Shown one piece after another: positions 1 to 12,900 of a DNA stretch of 64,000 bases. Positions within the stretch are counted from its first letter, which is position 1. Each line of letters begins with the position of its first letter. This DNA is from the human T2T-CHM13v2.0 reference genome, Homo sapiens. The stretch lies in the NCBI RefSeq assembly GCF_009914755.1, contig NC_060939.1, one strand, 5' to 3'. The notes beneath the pieces are model-generated. The model was not told where the DNA came from. It did no database searches and worked only from the letters and a program-made list of their open reading frames with translations. Made by a program: the position numbers and the translations under genes.

Positions 1-3000
1 TTAAATTATATTCGAATAAGTTCCATTCAAGACCATTTCTTTTGAGTCCATTCTATTTGAGTCCATTCCCTTTGATTCCATAACATTTGAGTCCATTCAA
101 TTCCATTCCTTTCGTTTCCATTACATTTGATGCCATTGCATTCAGTTCTGTTCTACTCGACTCCAATACATTCAATTCCATTCTATCCGATTCCAATACA
201 TTCTTTTCATTTCGTATACATTTCAAGCCATTCCATTCCATTCCATTCCACTCGTTTCCTTTCCATTCGAGTCCATTCCTCTCCAGTCCATTCCGTTCAA
301 TGCATTCCATTCCAGTCCATTCCATTCGAGTCCTTTCCATTCCAGTCCATTCCATTCGAGTCAATTCCATTCCATTCGATGTCTTTCCGTAACGATCCAT
401 TCCATTCTATTCCTTTCGATTCCATTCCATTCTATTTCATTCCATTCGATTCCCTTCCATTGGACTCCTTTCCATTCGAGTGCATTCCATTCCGTTCCAT
501 TTCTTTCCGTTCTGTACGATTCCTACCGTTCGATTTCATTTTGTTCCAGTCCATTCCTTTCGCGTCCATTCCATTCCATTTCACTCCATTCGATTCCATT
601 CCATTCGATTCCATTCCACTCGATTCCACTTCGTTCCATTTCATTGCATTCCATTCTATTCAACTCTATTGCCTTCCATTCCATTCCATTCGATTACATT
701 CCATGCGATTCCATTCGAAATCGAATCAATTACATTGCAATCCATTACTATTGAGTCCGTTTTATTCCAGTCCACTGCATTCTGGTCCATTCCATTTGAT
801 TCCATTCCATTCTATTCCATTCCATACAGTTGCATTCCATTGGATTCCATTCTATATCTATAAATTCAATTCGAGACCATTGCTTTTGAGTCCATTCTAT
901 ATGATTCCATTCCATTCAACTCCATTACATTTGGTTCAATTCCATTCCATTTCATTCCCTTCCATTCCATTCCATTTGATATCAATCCATTCGATTCCAT
1001 TCCATTCGATGCCATTCCATTTGATTCTATTCCATTAGTCTCCATTCAATTCCATTATTCTCCATTCCATTCCATTCTACTCCAACTGATTCCATTCCAT
1101 TCTATTGCTTTCCATTCCATTTCATTCCATTCCATTCCATTTCATTCCATTCCATTCCATTCGTGTCCATTCCACTCCAGTCCATTCCATTCGTGTCCAT
1201 TCCATTCCAGTCCATTACATTTGTGTCCACTGCATTCCATTCCACTCCATTCCATATTATTCCATTACACTCCATTCCATTCTATTACTTTCATTTCCAT
1301 TCAATTCCATTCCATTTGATTCCATTCCACTCGGTTTCATTCCATTTGAGTCCACTCCATTCCATTCCATTCCATTCCATTCACTTCCATTCCATTCTGT
1401 CCCATTCCATTCCGTTCCATTGCATTCCATTCCATTCGGTACCATTCCATATTGTTCCATTCGATTCCATTCGAATCCATTCCATTCCAGTCCATTCCAT
1501 TCGATTCCATTCCATTCCTTTCAATACCATTCCATTCCACTTAATTCCACTCCATTCCCTTCCACTGCATTCCATTCGAATCCATTCAATTGCATTGCAT
1601 TCCATTCCATTGGATTGCATTCCATTCGATTCCATTCCATTCGAATCAATTCCATAGCAATCCATTACATTCGAGTCTATTCTATTCCGTTCCATTCGAT
1701 TTCTTTCCAATGCATTCGATTCCATTCCATTCGATTCCTTTCCATACTATTGCATTCCATTCGATTAAATTATATTCGAATAAGTTCCATTCAAGACCAT
1801 TTCTTTTGAGTCCATTCTATTTGAGTCCATTCCCTTTGATTCCATAACATTTGAGTCCATTCAATTCCATTCCTTTCGTTTCCATTACATTTGATGCCAT
1901 TGCATTCAGTTCTGTTCTACTCGACTCCAATACATTCAATTCCATTCTATCCGATTCCAATACATTCTTTTCATTTCGTATACATTTCAAGCCATTCCAT
2001 TCCATTCCATTCCACTCGTTTCCTTTCCATTCGAGTCCATTCCTCTCCAGTCCATTCCGTTCAATGCATTCCATTCCAGTCCATTCCATTCGAGTCCTTT
2101 CCATTCCAGTCCATTCCATTCGAGTCAATTCCATTCCATTCGATGTCTTTCCGTAACGATCCATTCCATTCTATTCCTTTCGATTCCATTCCATTCTATT
2201 TCATTCCATTCGATTCCCTTCCATTGGACTCCTTTCCATTCGAGTGCATTCCATTCCGTTCCATTTCTTTCCGTTCTGTACGATTCCTACCGTTCGATTT
2301 CATTTTGTTCCAGTCCATTCCTTTCGCGTCCATTCCATTCCATTTCACTCCATTCGATTCCATTCCATTCGATTCCATTCCACTCGATTCCACTTCGTTC
2401 CATTTCATTGCATTCCATTCTATTCAACTCTATTGCCTTCCATTCCATTCCATTCGATTACATTCCATGCGATTCCATTCGAAATCGAATCAATTACATT
2501 GCAATCCATTACTATTGAGTCCGTTTTATTCCAGTCCACTGCATTCTGGTCCATTCCATTTGATTCCATTCCATTCTATTCCATTCCATACAGTTGCATT
2601 CCATTGGATTCCATTCTATATCTATAAATTCAATTCGAGACCATTGCTTTTGAGTCCATTCTATATGATTCCATTCCATTCAACTCCATTACATTTGGTT
2701 CAATTCCATTCCATTTCATTCCCTTCCATTCCATTCCATTTGATATCAATCCATTCGATTCCATTCCATTCGATGCCATTCCATTTGATTCTATTCCATT
2801 AGTCTCCATTCAATTCCATTATTCTCCATTCCATTCCATTCTACTCCAACTGATTCCATTCCATTCTATTGCTTTCCATTCCATTTCATTCCATTCCATT
2901 CCATTTCATTCCATTCCATTCCATTCGTGTCCATTCCACTCCAGTCCATTCCATTCGTGTCCATTCCATTCCAGTCCATTACATTTGTGTCCACTGCATT

Positions 3001-3289
3001 CCATTCCACTCCATTCCATATTATTCCATTACACTCCATTCCATTCTATTACTTTCATTTCCATTCAATTCCATTCCATTTGATTCCATTCCACTCGGTT
3101 TCATTCCATTTGAGTCCACTCCATTCCATTCCATTCCATTCCATTCACTTCCATTCCATTCTGTCCCATTCCATTCCGTTCCATTGCATTCCATTCCATT
3201 CGGTACCATTCCATATTGTTCCATTCGATTCCATTCGAATCCATTCCATTCCAGTCCATTCCATTCGATTCCATTCCATTCCTTTCAAT
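1..3289 (+). repeat. Divergent 1764-bp 'X-type' higher-order units (about 1.9 copies)
   Basis: Landmarks are 1764 bp apart (87/1851, 127/1891, KpnI 1438/3202) with identical translations. These units lack the 'gagcacattccattcgagtcc' block and carry private alleles ('ttcgtataca', 'ttcaatgcatt', 'ttccgtaacg', 'ttaaattata'). Confidence 0.9.
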
Positions 3290-3624
3290 TCCATTCCATT
3301 CCATTCCATTCCACTTGATTCCACTCTATTCCCTTCCACTGCATTCCATTCGATTCCATTCCATTGTATTGCATTCCATTCGATTGGATTTCATTCCATT
3401 CGATTCTATTCCATTCGAATCAATTACATAGCAGTCCATTACATTTGAGTCTATTCTATTCCGTTCCATTCGATTTCGTTCCAATCCATTCGATTCCATT
3501 CCATTCGATTCCATTCCATACTATTGCATTCCATTCTATTACATTATATTCGAATAAGTTCCATTCAAGACCATTTGTTTTGAGTCCATTCTATTTGAGT
3601 CCATTCCCTTTGATTCCATAACAT

Positions 3625-4509
3625 TTGAGTCCATTCAATTCCATTCCTTTCGTTTCCATTCCATTTGATGCCATTCCGTTCAATTCTGTTCTACTCGACT
3701 ACAATACATTCAATTCCATTCCATCCGATTCCATTACATTCTTTTCATTTCTTCTCCATTTCAAGCCATTCCACTCCATTCCATTCCACTCGTTTCCATT
3801 CCATTCGAGTCCATTCCACTCCAGTCCATTCCATTCATGTCCAATCCATTCCAGTCCATTCCATTTGTGTCCACTGCATTCCATTCCACTCCATTCCATA
3901 TTATTCCATTACACTCCATTCCATTCTATTACTTTCATTTCCATTCAATTCCATTCCATTTGATTCCATTCCACTTGGTTTCATTCCATTTGAGTCCACT
4001 CCATTCCATTCCATTCCATTCCATTCCATTCAGTTCCATTCCATTCTGTTCCAATCCATTCCATTCCATTGCATTCCATTCCATTCGTTACCATTCCATA
4101 TTGTTCCATTCGATTCCATTCGAATCCATTCCATTCCAGTCCATTCCATTCGATTCCATTCCATTCCTTTACATTCCATTCCATTCCATTCCATTCCACT
4201 TGATTCCACTCCATTCCCTTCCACTGCATTCCATTCGATTCCATTCCATTGCATTGCATTCCATTCCATTGGACTGCATTCCATTCGATTCCATTCTTTT
4301 CGAATCAATTACATAGCAATCCATTACATTCGAGTCTATTCTATTCCGTTCCATTCGATTTCGTTCCAATCCATTCGATTCCATTCCATTCGATTCCATT
4401 CCATACTATTGCATTCCATTCGATTACATTATATTCGAATAAGTTCCATTCAAGACCATTTCTTTTGAGTCCATTCTATTTGAGTCCATTCCCTTTGATT
4501 CCATAACAT
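3625..4509 (+). repeat. 885-bp half-length unit lacking the KpnI site
   Basis: Anchor spacing 3625->4510 is 885. The unit-start sequence switches at ~3790-3830 into the second-half block 'ccactccagtccattccattcatgtcc...tgtgtccactgc'. The KpnI position reads 'cgttacc' at ~4086. Confidence 0.92.
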
Positions 4510-7500
4510 TTGAGTCCATTCAATTCCATTCCTTTCGTTTCCATTCCATTTGATGCCATTCCATTCAATTCTGTTCTACTCGACTCCAATACATTCAATT
4601 CCATTCCATCCGATTCCATTACATTCTTTTCATTTCTTATCCATTTCAAGCCATTCCACTCCATTCCATTCCACTCGTTTCCTTTCCATTCGAGTCCATT
4701 CCTCTCCAGTCCATTCCGTTCAATCCATTCCATTCCAGTCCATTCCATTCGAGTCCGTTCCATTCCAGTCCATTCCATTCGAGTCAATTCCATCCCATTC
4801 GATGTCTTTCCATAACGATCCATTCCATTCTATTCCTTTCGATTCCATTCCATTCTATTTCATTCCATTCGATTCCCTTCCATTGGACTCCTTTCCATTC
4901 GAGTGCATTCCATTCTGTTGCATTTCTTTCCGTTCTGTACGATTCCTACCGTTCGATTTCATTTTGTTCCAGTCCATTCCTTTCGCGTCCATTCCATTCC
5001 ATTTCACTCCATTCGATTCCATTCCACTCGATTCCACTTCGTTCCATTTCATTGCATTCCATTCTATTCAACTCCATTGCCTTCCTTTCCATTCCATTCG
5101 ATTACATTCCATGCGATTCCATTCGAAATCGAATCAATTACATTGCAATCCATTACTATTGAGTCCGTTTTATTCCAGTCCACTGCATTCTGGTCCATTC
5201 CATTTGATTCCATTCCATTCTATTCCATTCCATACAGTTGCATTCCATTGGATTCCATTCTATATCTATAAATTCAATTCGAGCTCATTGCTTTGGAGTC
5301 CATTCTATATGATTCCATTCCATTGAAGTCCATTACATTTGGTTCAATTCCATTCCATTCCATTCCCTTCCATTCCATTCCAGTTGATATCAATCCATTC
5401 GATTCCATTCCATTCGAGCACATTCCATTCGAGTCCATTCCATTCGATGCCTTTCCATTTGATTCTATTCCATTAGTCTCCATTCAATTCCATTAATCTC
5501 CATTCCATTCCATTCTACTCCAAATGATTCCATTCCATTCTATTCCTTTCCATTCCATTTCATTCCATTCCATTCCATTTCATTCCATTCCATTCCATTC
5601 GCTTCCATTCCATTCGTGTCCATTCCACTCCAGTCCATTCCATTCATGTCCATTCCATTCCAGTCCATTCCATTTGTGTCCACTGCATTCCATTCCACTC
5701 CATTCCATATTATTCCATTACACTCCATTCCATTCTATTACTTTCATTTCCATTCAATTCCATTCCATTTGATTCCATTCCACTCGGTTTCATTCCATTT
5801 GAGTCCACTCCATTCCATTCCATTCCATTCCATTCAGTTCCATTCCATTCTGTTCCAATCCATTCCATTCCATTGCATTCCATTCCATTCGGTACCATTC
5901 CATATTGTTCCATTCGATTGCATTCGAATCCATTCCATTCCAGTCCATTCCATTCGATTCCATTCCATTCCTTTACATTCCATTCCATTCCATTCCATTC
6001 CACTTGATTCCACTCCATTCCCTTCCACTGCATTCCATTCGATTCCATTCCATTGCATTGCATTCCATTCCATTGGACAGCATTCCATTCGATTCCATTC
6101 CTTTCGAATCAATTACATAGCAATCCATTACATTCGAGTCTATTCTATTCCGTTCCATTCGATTTCGTTCCAATCCATTCGATTCCATTCCATTTGATTC
6201 CATTCCATACTATTGCATTCCATTCTATTACATTATATTCGAATAAGTTCCATTCAAGACCATTTCTTTTGAGTCCATTCTATTTGAGTCCATTCCCTTT
6301 GATTCCATAACATTTGAGTCCATTCAATTCCATTCCTTTCGTTTCCATTCCATTTGATGCCATTCCATTCAATTCTCTTCTACTCGACTCCAATACATTC
6401 AATTCCATTCCATCCGATTCCATTACATTCTTTTCATTTCTTATCCATTTCAAGCCATTCCACTCCATTCCATTCCACTCGTTTCCTTTCCATTCGAGTC
6501 CATTCCTCTCCAGTCCATTCCGTTCAATCCATTCCATTCCAGTCCATTCCATTCGAGTCCATTCCATTCCAGTCCATTCCATTCGAGTCAATTCCATCCC
6601 ATTCGATGTCTTTCCATAACGATCCATTCCATTCTATTCCTTTCGATTCCATTCCATTCTATTTCATTCCATTCGATTCCCTTCCATTGGACTCCTTTCC
6701 ATTCGAGTGCATTCCATTCCGTTCCATTTCTTTCCGTTCTGTACGATTCCTACCGTTCGATTTCATTTTGTTCCAGTCCATTCCTTTCGCGTCCATTCCA
6801 TTCCATTTCACTCCATTCGATTCCATTCCACTCGATTCCACTTCGTTCCATTTCATTGCATTCCATTCTATTCAACTCCATTGCCTTCCTTTCCATTCCA
6901 TTCGATTACATTCCATGCGATTCCATTCGAAATCGAATCAATTACATTGCAATCCATTACTATTGAGTCCGTTTTATTCCAGTCCACTGCATTCTGGTCC
7001 ATTCCATTTGATTCCATTCCATTCTATTCCATTCCATACAGTTGAATTCCATTGGATTCCATTCTATGTCTATAAATTCAATTCGAGCTCATTGCTTTGG
7101 AGTCCATTCTATATGATTCCATTCCATTGAAGTCCATTACATTTGGTTCAATTCCATTCCATTCCATTCCCTTCCATTCCATTCCAGTTGATATCAATCC
7201 ATTCGATTCCATTCCATTCGAGCACATTCCATTCGAGTCCATTCCATTCGATGCCTTTCCATTTGATTCTATTCCATTAGTCTCCATTCAATTCCATTAA
7301 TCTCCATTCCATTCCATTCTACTCCAACTGATTCCATTCCATTCTATTCCTTTCCATTCCATTTCATTCCATTCCATTCCATTTCATTCCATTCCATTCC
7401 ATTCGCTTCCATTCCATTCGTGTCCATTCCACTCCAGTCCATTCCATTCATGTCCATTCCATTCCAGTCCATTCCATTTGTGTCCACTGCATTCCATTCC

Positions 7501-9921
7501 ACTCCATTCCATATTATTCCATTACACTCCATTCCATTCTATTACTTTCATTTCCATTCAATTCCATTCCATTTGATTCCATTCCACTCGGTTTCATTCC
7601 ATTTGAGTCCACACCATTCCATTCCATTCCATTCCATTCAGTTCCATTCCATTCTGTTCCAATCCATTCCATTCCATTGCATTCCATTCCATTCGGTACC
7701 ATTCCATATTGTTCCATTCGATTCCATTCGAATCCATTCCATTCCAGTCCATTCCATTCGATTCCTTTCCATTCCTTTACATTCCATTCCATTCCATTCC
7801 ATTCCACTTGATTCCACTCCATTCCCTTCCACTGCATTCCATTCGATTCCATTCCATTGCATTGCATTCCATTCCATTGGACAGCATTCCATTCGATTCC
7901 ATTCCTTTCGAATCAATTACATAGCAATCCATTACATTCGAGTCTATTCTATTCCGTTCCATTCGATTTCGTTCCAATCCATTCGATTCCATTCCATTCG
8001 ATTCCATTCCATACTATTGCATTCCATTCTATTACATTATATTCGAATAAGTTCCATTCAAGACCATTTCTTTTGAGTCCATTCTATTTGAGTCCATTCC
8101 CTTTGATTCCATAACATTTGAGTCCATTCAATTCCATTCCTTTCGTTTCCATTCCATTTGATGCCATTCCATTCAATTCTGTTCTACTCGACTCCAATAC
8201 ATTCAATTCCATTCCATCCGATTCCATTACATTCTTTTCATTTCTTATCTATTTCAAGCCATTCCACTCCATTCCATTCCACTCGTTTCCTTTCCATTCG
8301 AGTCCATTCCTCTCCAGTCCATTCCGTTCAATCCATTCCATTCCAGTCCATTCCATTCGAGTCCGTTCCATTCCAGTCCATTCCATTCGAGTCAATTCCA
8401 TCCCATTCGATGTCTTTCCATAACGATCCATTCCATTCTATTCCTTTCGATTCCATTCCATTCTATTTCATTCCATTCGATTCCCTTCCATTGGACTCCT
8501 TTCCATTCGAGTGCATTCCATTCCGTTCCATTTCTTTCCGTTCTGTACGATTCCTACCGTTCGAGTTCATTTTGTTCCAGTCCATTCCTTTCGCGTCCAT
8601 TCCATTCCATTTCACTCCATTCGATTCCATTCCACTCGATTCCACTTCGTTCCATTTCATTGCATTCCATTCTATTCAACTCCATTGCCTTCCTTTCCAT
8701 TCCATTCGATTACATTCCATGCGATTCCATTCGAAATCGAATCAATTACATTGCAATCCATTACTATTGAGTCCGTTTTATTCCAGTCCACTGCATTCTG
8801 GTCCATTCCATTTGATTCCATTCCATTCTATTCCATTCCATACAGTTGCATTCCATTGGATTCCATTCTATATCTATAAATTCAATTCGAGATCATTGCT
8901 TTGGAGTCCATTCTATATGACTCCATTCCATTCAAGTCCATTACATTTGGTTCAATTCCATTCCATTCCATTCCCTTCCATTCCATTCCAGTTGATATCA
9001 ATCCATTCGATTCCATTCCATTCGAGCACATTCCATTCGAGTCCATTCCATTCGATGCCTTTCCATTTGATTCTATTCCATTAGTCTCCATTCAATTCCA
9101 TTAATCTCCATTCCATTCCATTCTACTCCAACTGATTCCATTCCATTCTATTCCTTTCCATTCCATTTCATTCCATTCCATTCCATTTCATTCCATTCCA
9201 TTCCATTCGCTTCCATTCCATTCGTGTCCATTCCACTCCAGTCCATTCCATTCATGTCCATTCCATTCCAGTCCATTCCATTTGTGTCCACTGCATTCCA
9301 TTCCACTCCATTCCATATTATTCCATTACACTCCATTCCATTCTATTACTTTCATTTCCATTCAATTCCATTCCATTTGATTCCATTCCACTCGGTTTCA
9401 TTCCATTTGAGTCCACTCCATTCCATTCCATTCCATTCCATTCAGTTCCATTCCATTCTGTTCCAATCCATTCCATTCCATTGCATTCCATTCCATTCGG
9501 TACCATTCCATATTGTTCCATTCGATTCCATTCGAATCCATTCCATTCCAGTCCATTCCATTCGATTCCATTCCATTCCTTTACATTCCATTCCATTCCA
9601 TTCCATTCCACTTGATTCCACTCCATTCCCTTCCACTGCATTCCATTCGATTCCATTCCATTGCATTGCATTCCATTCCATTGGACAGCATTCCATTCGA
9701 TTCCATTCCTTTCGAATCAATTACATAGCAATCCATTACATTCGAGTCTATTCTATTCCGTTCCATTCGATTTCGTTCCAATCCATTCGATTCCATTCCA
9801 TTCGATTCCATTCCATACTATTGCATTCCATTCTATTACATTATATTCGAATAAGTTCCATTCAAGACCATTTCTTTTGAGTCCATTCTATTTGAGTCCA
9901 TTCCCTTTGATTCCATAACAT

Positions 9922-12900
9922 TTGAGTCCATTCAATTCCATTCCTTTCGTTTCCATTCCATTTGATGCCATTCCATTCAATTCTCTTCTACTCGACTCCA
10001 ATACATTCAATTCCATTCCATCCGATTCCATTACATTCTTTTCATTTCTTATCCATTTCAAGCCATTCCACTCCATTCCATTCCACTCGTTTCCTTTCCA
10101 TTCGAGTCCATTCCTCTCCAGTCCATTCCGTTCAATCCATTCCATTCCAGTCCATTCCATTCGAGTCCGTTCCATTCCAGTCCATTCCATTCGAGTCAAT
10201 TCCATCCCATTCGATGTCTTTCCATAACGATCCATTCCATTCTATTCCTTTCGATTCCATTCCATTCTATTTCATTCCATTCGATTCCCTTCCATTGGAC
10301 TCCTTTCCATTCGAGTGCATTCCATTCCGTTCCATTTCTTTCCGTTCTGTACGATTCCTACCGTTCGATTTCATTTTGTTCCAGTCCATTCCTTTCGCGT
10401 CCATTCCATTCCATTTCACTCCATTCGATTCCATTCCACTCGATTCCACTTCGTTCCATTTCATTGCATTCCATTCTATTCAACTCCATTGCCTTCCTTT
10501 CCATTCCATTCGATTACATTCCATGCGATTCCATTCGAAATCGAATCAATTACATTGCAATCCATTACTATTGAGTCCGTTTTATTCCAGTCCACTGCAT
10601 TCTGGTCCATTCCATTTGATTCCATTCCATTCTATTCCATTCCATACAGTTGCATTCCATTGGATTCCATTCTATATCTATAAATTCAATTCGAGCTCAT
10701 TGCTTTGGAGTCCATTCTATATGATTCCATTCCATTGAAGTCCATTACATTTGGTTCAATTCCATTCCATTCCATTCCCTTCCATTCCATTCCAGTTGAT
10801 ATCAATCCATTCGATTCCATTCCATTCGAGCACATTCCATTCGAGTCCATTCCATTCGATGCCTTTCCATTTGATTCTATTCCATTAGTCTCCATTCAAT
10901 TCCATTAATCTCCATTCCATTCCATTCTACTCCAACTGATTCCATTCCATTCTACTCCAACTGATTCCATTCCATTCTATTCCTTTCCATTCCATTTCAT
11001 TCCATTCCATTCCATTTCATTCCATTCCATTCCATTCGCTTCCATTCCATTCGTGTCCATTCCACTCCAGTCCATTCCATTCATGTCCATTCCATTCCAG
11101 TCCATTCCATTTGTGTCCACTGCATTCCATTCCACTCCATTCCATATTATTCCATTACACTCCATTCCATTCTATTACTTTCATTTCCATTCAATTCCAT
11201 TCCATTTGATTCCATTCCACTCGGTTTCATTCCATTTGAGTCCACTCCATTCCATTCCATTCCATTCCATTCAGTTCCATTCCATTCTGTTCCAATCCAT
11301 TCCATTCCATTGCATTCCATTCCATTCGGTACCATTCCATATTGTTCCATTCGATTCCATTCGAATCCATTCCATTCCAGTCCATTCCATTCGATTCCAT
11401 TCCATTCCTTTACATTCCATTCCATTCCATTCCATTCCACTTGATTCCACTCCATTCCCTTCCACTGCATTCCATTCGATTCCATTCCATTGCATTGCAT
11501 TCCATTCCATTGGACAGCATTCCATTCGATTCCATTCCTTTCGAATCAATTACATAGCAATCCATTACATTCGAGTCTATTCTATTCCGTTCCATTCGAT
11601 TTCGTTCCAATCCATTCGATTCCATTCCATACTATTGCATTCCATTCTATTACATTATATTCGAATAAGTTCCATTCAAGACCATTTCTTTTGAGTCCAT
11701 TCTATTTGAGTCCATTCCCTTTGATTCCATAACATTTGAGTCCATTCAATTCCATTCCTTTCGTTTCCATTCCATTTGATGCCATTCCATTCAATTCTCT
11801 TCTACTCGACTCCAATACATTCAATTCCATTCCATCCGATTCCATTACATTCTTTTCATTTCTTATCCATTTCAAGCCATTCCACTCCATTCCATTCCAC
11901 TCGTTTCCTTTCCATTCGAGTCCATTCCTCTCCAGTCCATTCCGTTCAATCCATTCCATTCCAGTCCATTCCATTCGAGTCCGTTCCATTCCAGTCCATT
12001 CCATTCGAGTCAATTCCATCCCATTCGATGTCTTTCCATAACGATCCATTCCATTCTATTCCTTTCGATTCCATTCCATTCTATTTCATTCCATTCGATT
12101 CCCTTCCATTGGACTCCTTTCCATTCGAGTGCATTCCATTCCGTTCCATTTCTTTCCGTTCTGTATGATTCCTACCGTTCGATTTCATTTTGTTCCAGTC
12201 CATTCCTTTCGCGTCCATTCCATTCCATTTCACTCCATTCGATTCCATTCCACTCGATTCCACTTCGTTCCATTTCATTGCATTCCATTCTATTCAACTC
12301 CATTGCCTTCCTTTCCATTCCATTCGATTACATTCCATGCGATTCTATTCGAAATCGAATCAATTACATTGCAATCCATTACTATTGAGTCCGTTTTATT
12401 CCAGTCCACTGCATTCTGGTCCATTCCATTTGATTCCATTCCAATCTATTCCATTCCATACAGTTGCATTCCATTGGATTCCATTCTATATCTATAAATT
12501 CAATTCGAGATCATTGCTTTGGAGTCCATTCTATATGATTCCATTCCATTCAAGTCCATTACATTTGGTTCAATTCCATTCCATTCCATTCCCTTCCATT
12601 CCATTCCAGTTGATATCAATCCATTCGATTCCATTCCATTCGAGCACATTCCATTCGAGTCCATTCCATTCGATGCCATTCCATTTGATTCTATTCCATT
12701 AGTCTCCATTCAAATCCATTAATCTCCATTATATTCCATTCTACTCCAACTGATTCCATTCCATTCTATTCCTTTCCATTCCATTTCATTCCATTCCATT
12801 CCATTTCATTCCATTCCATTCCATTCGCTTCCATTCCATTCGTGTCCATTCCACTCCAGTCCATTCCATTAATGTCCATTCCATTCCAGTCCATTCCATT

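Noticed and set aside
853-864. TATA-like 'tatatctataaa' once per unit
   Set aside because: It is a degenerate pentamer variant homologous to 'tatattcgaataag' in the other half-unit. No other promoter evidence is available from sequence alone.
4611-4622. DUX4-like site 'cgattccatta'
   Set aside because: It mismatches the TGATTnnRTTA consensus and near-matches are expected by chance in this repeat.
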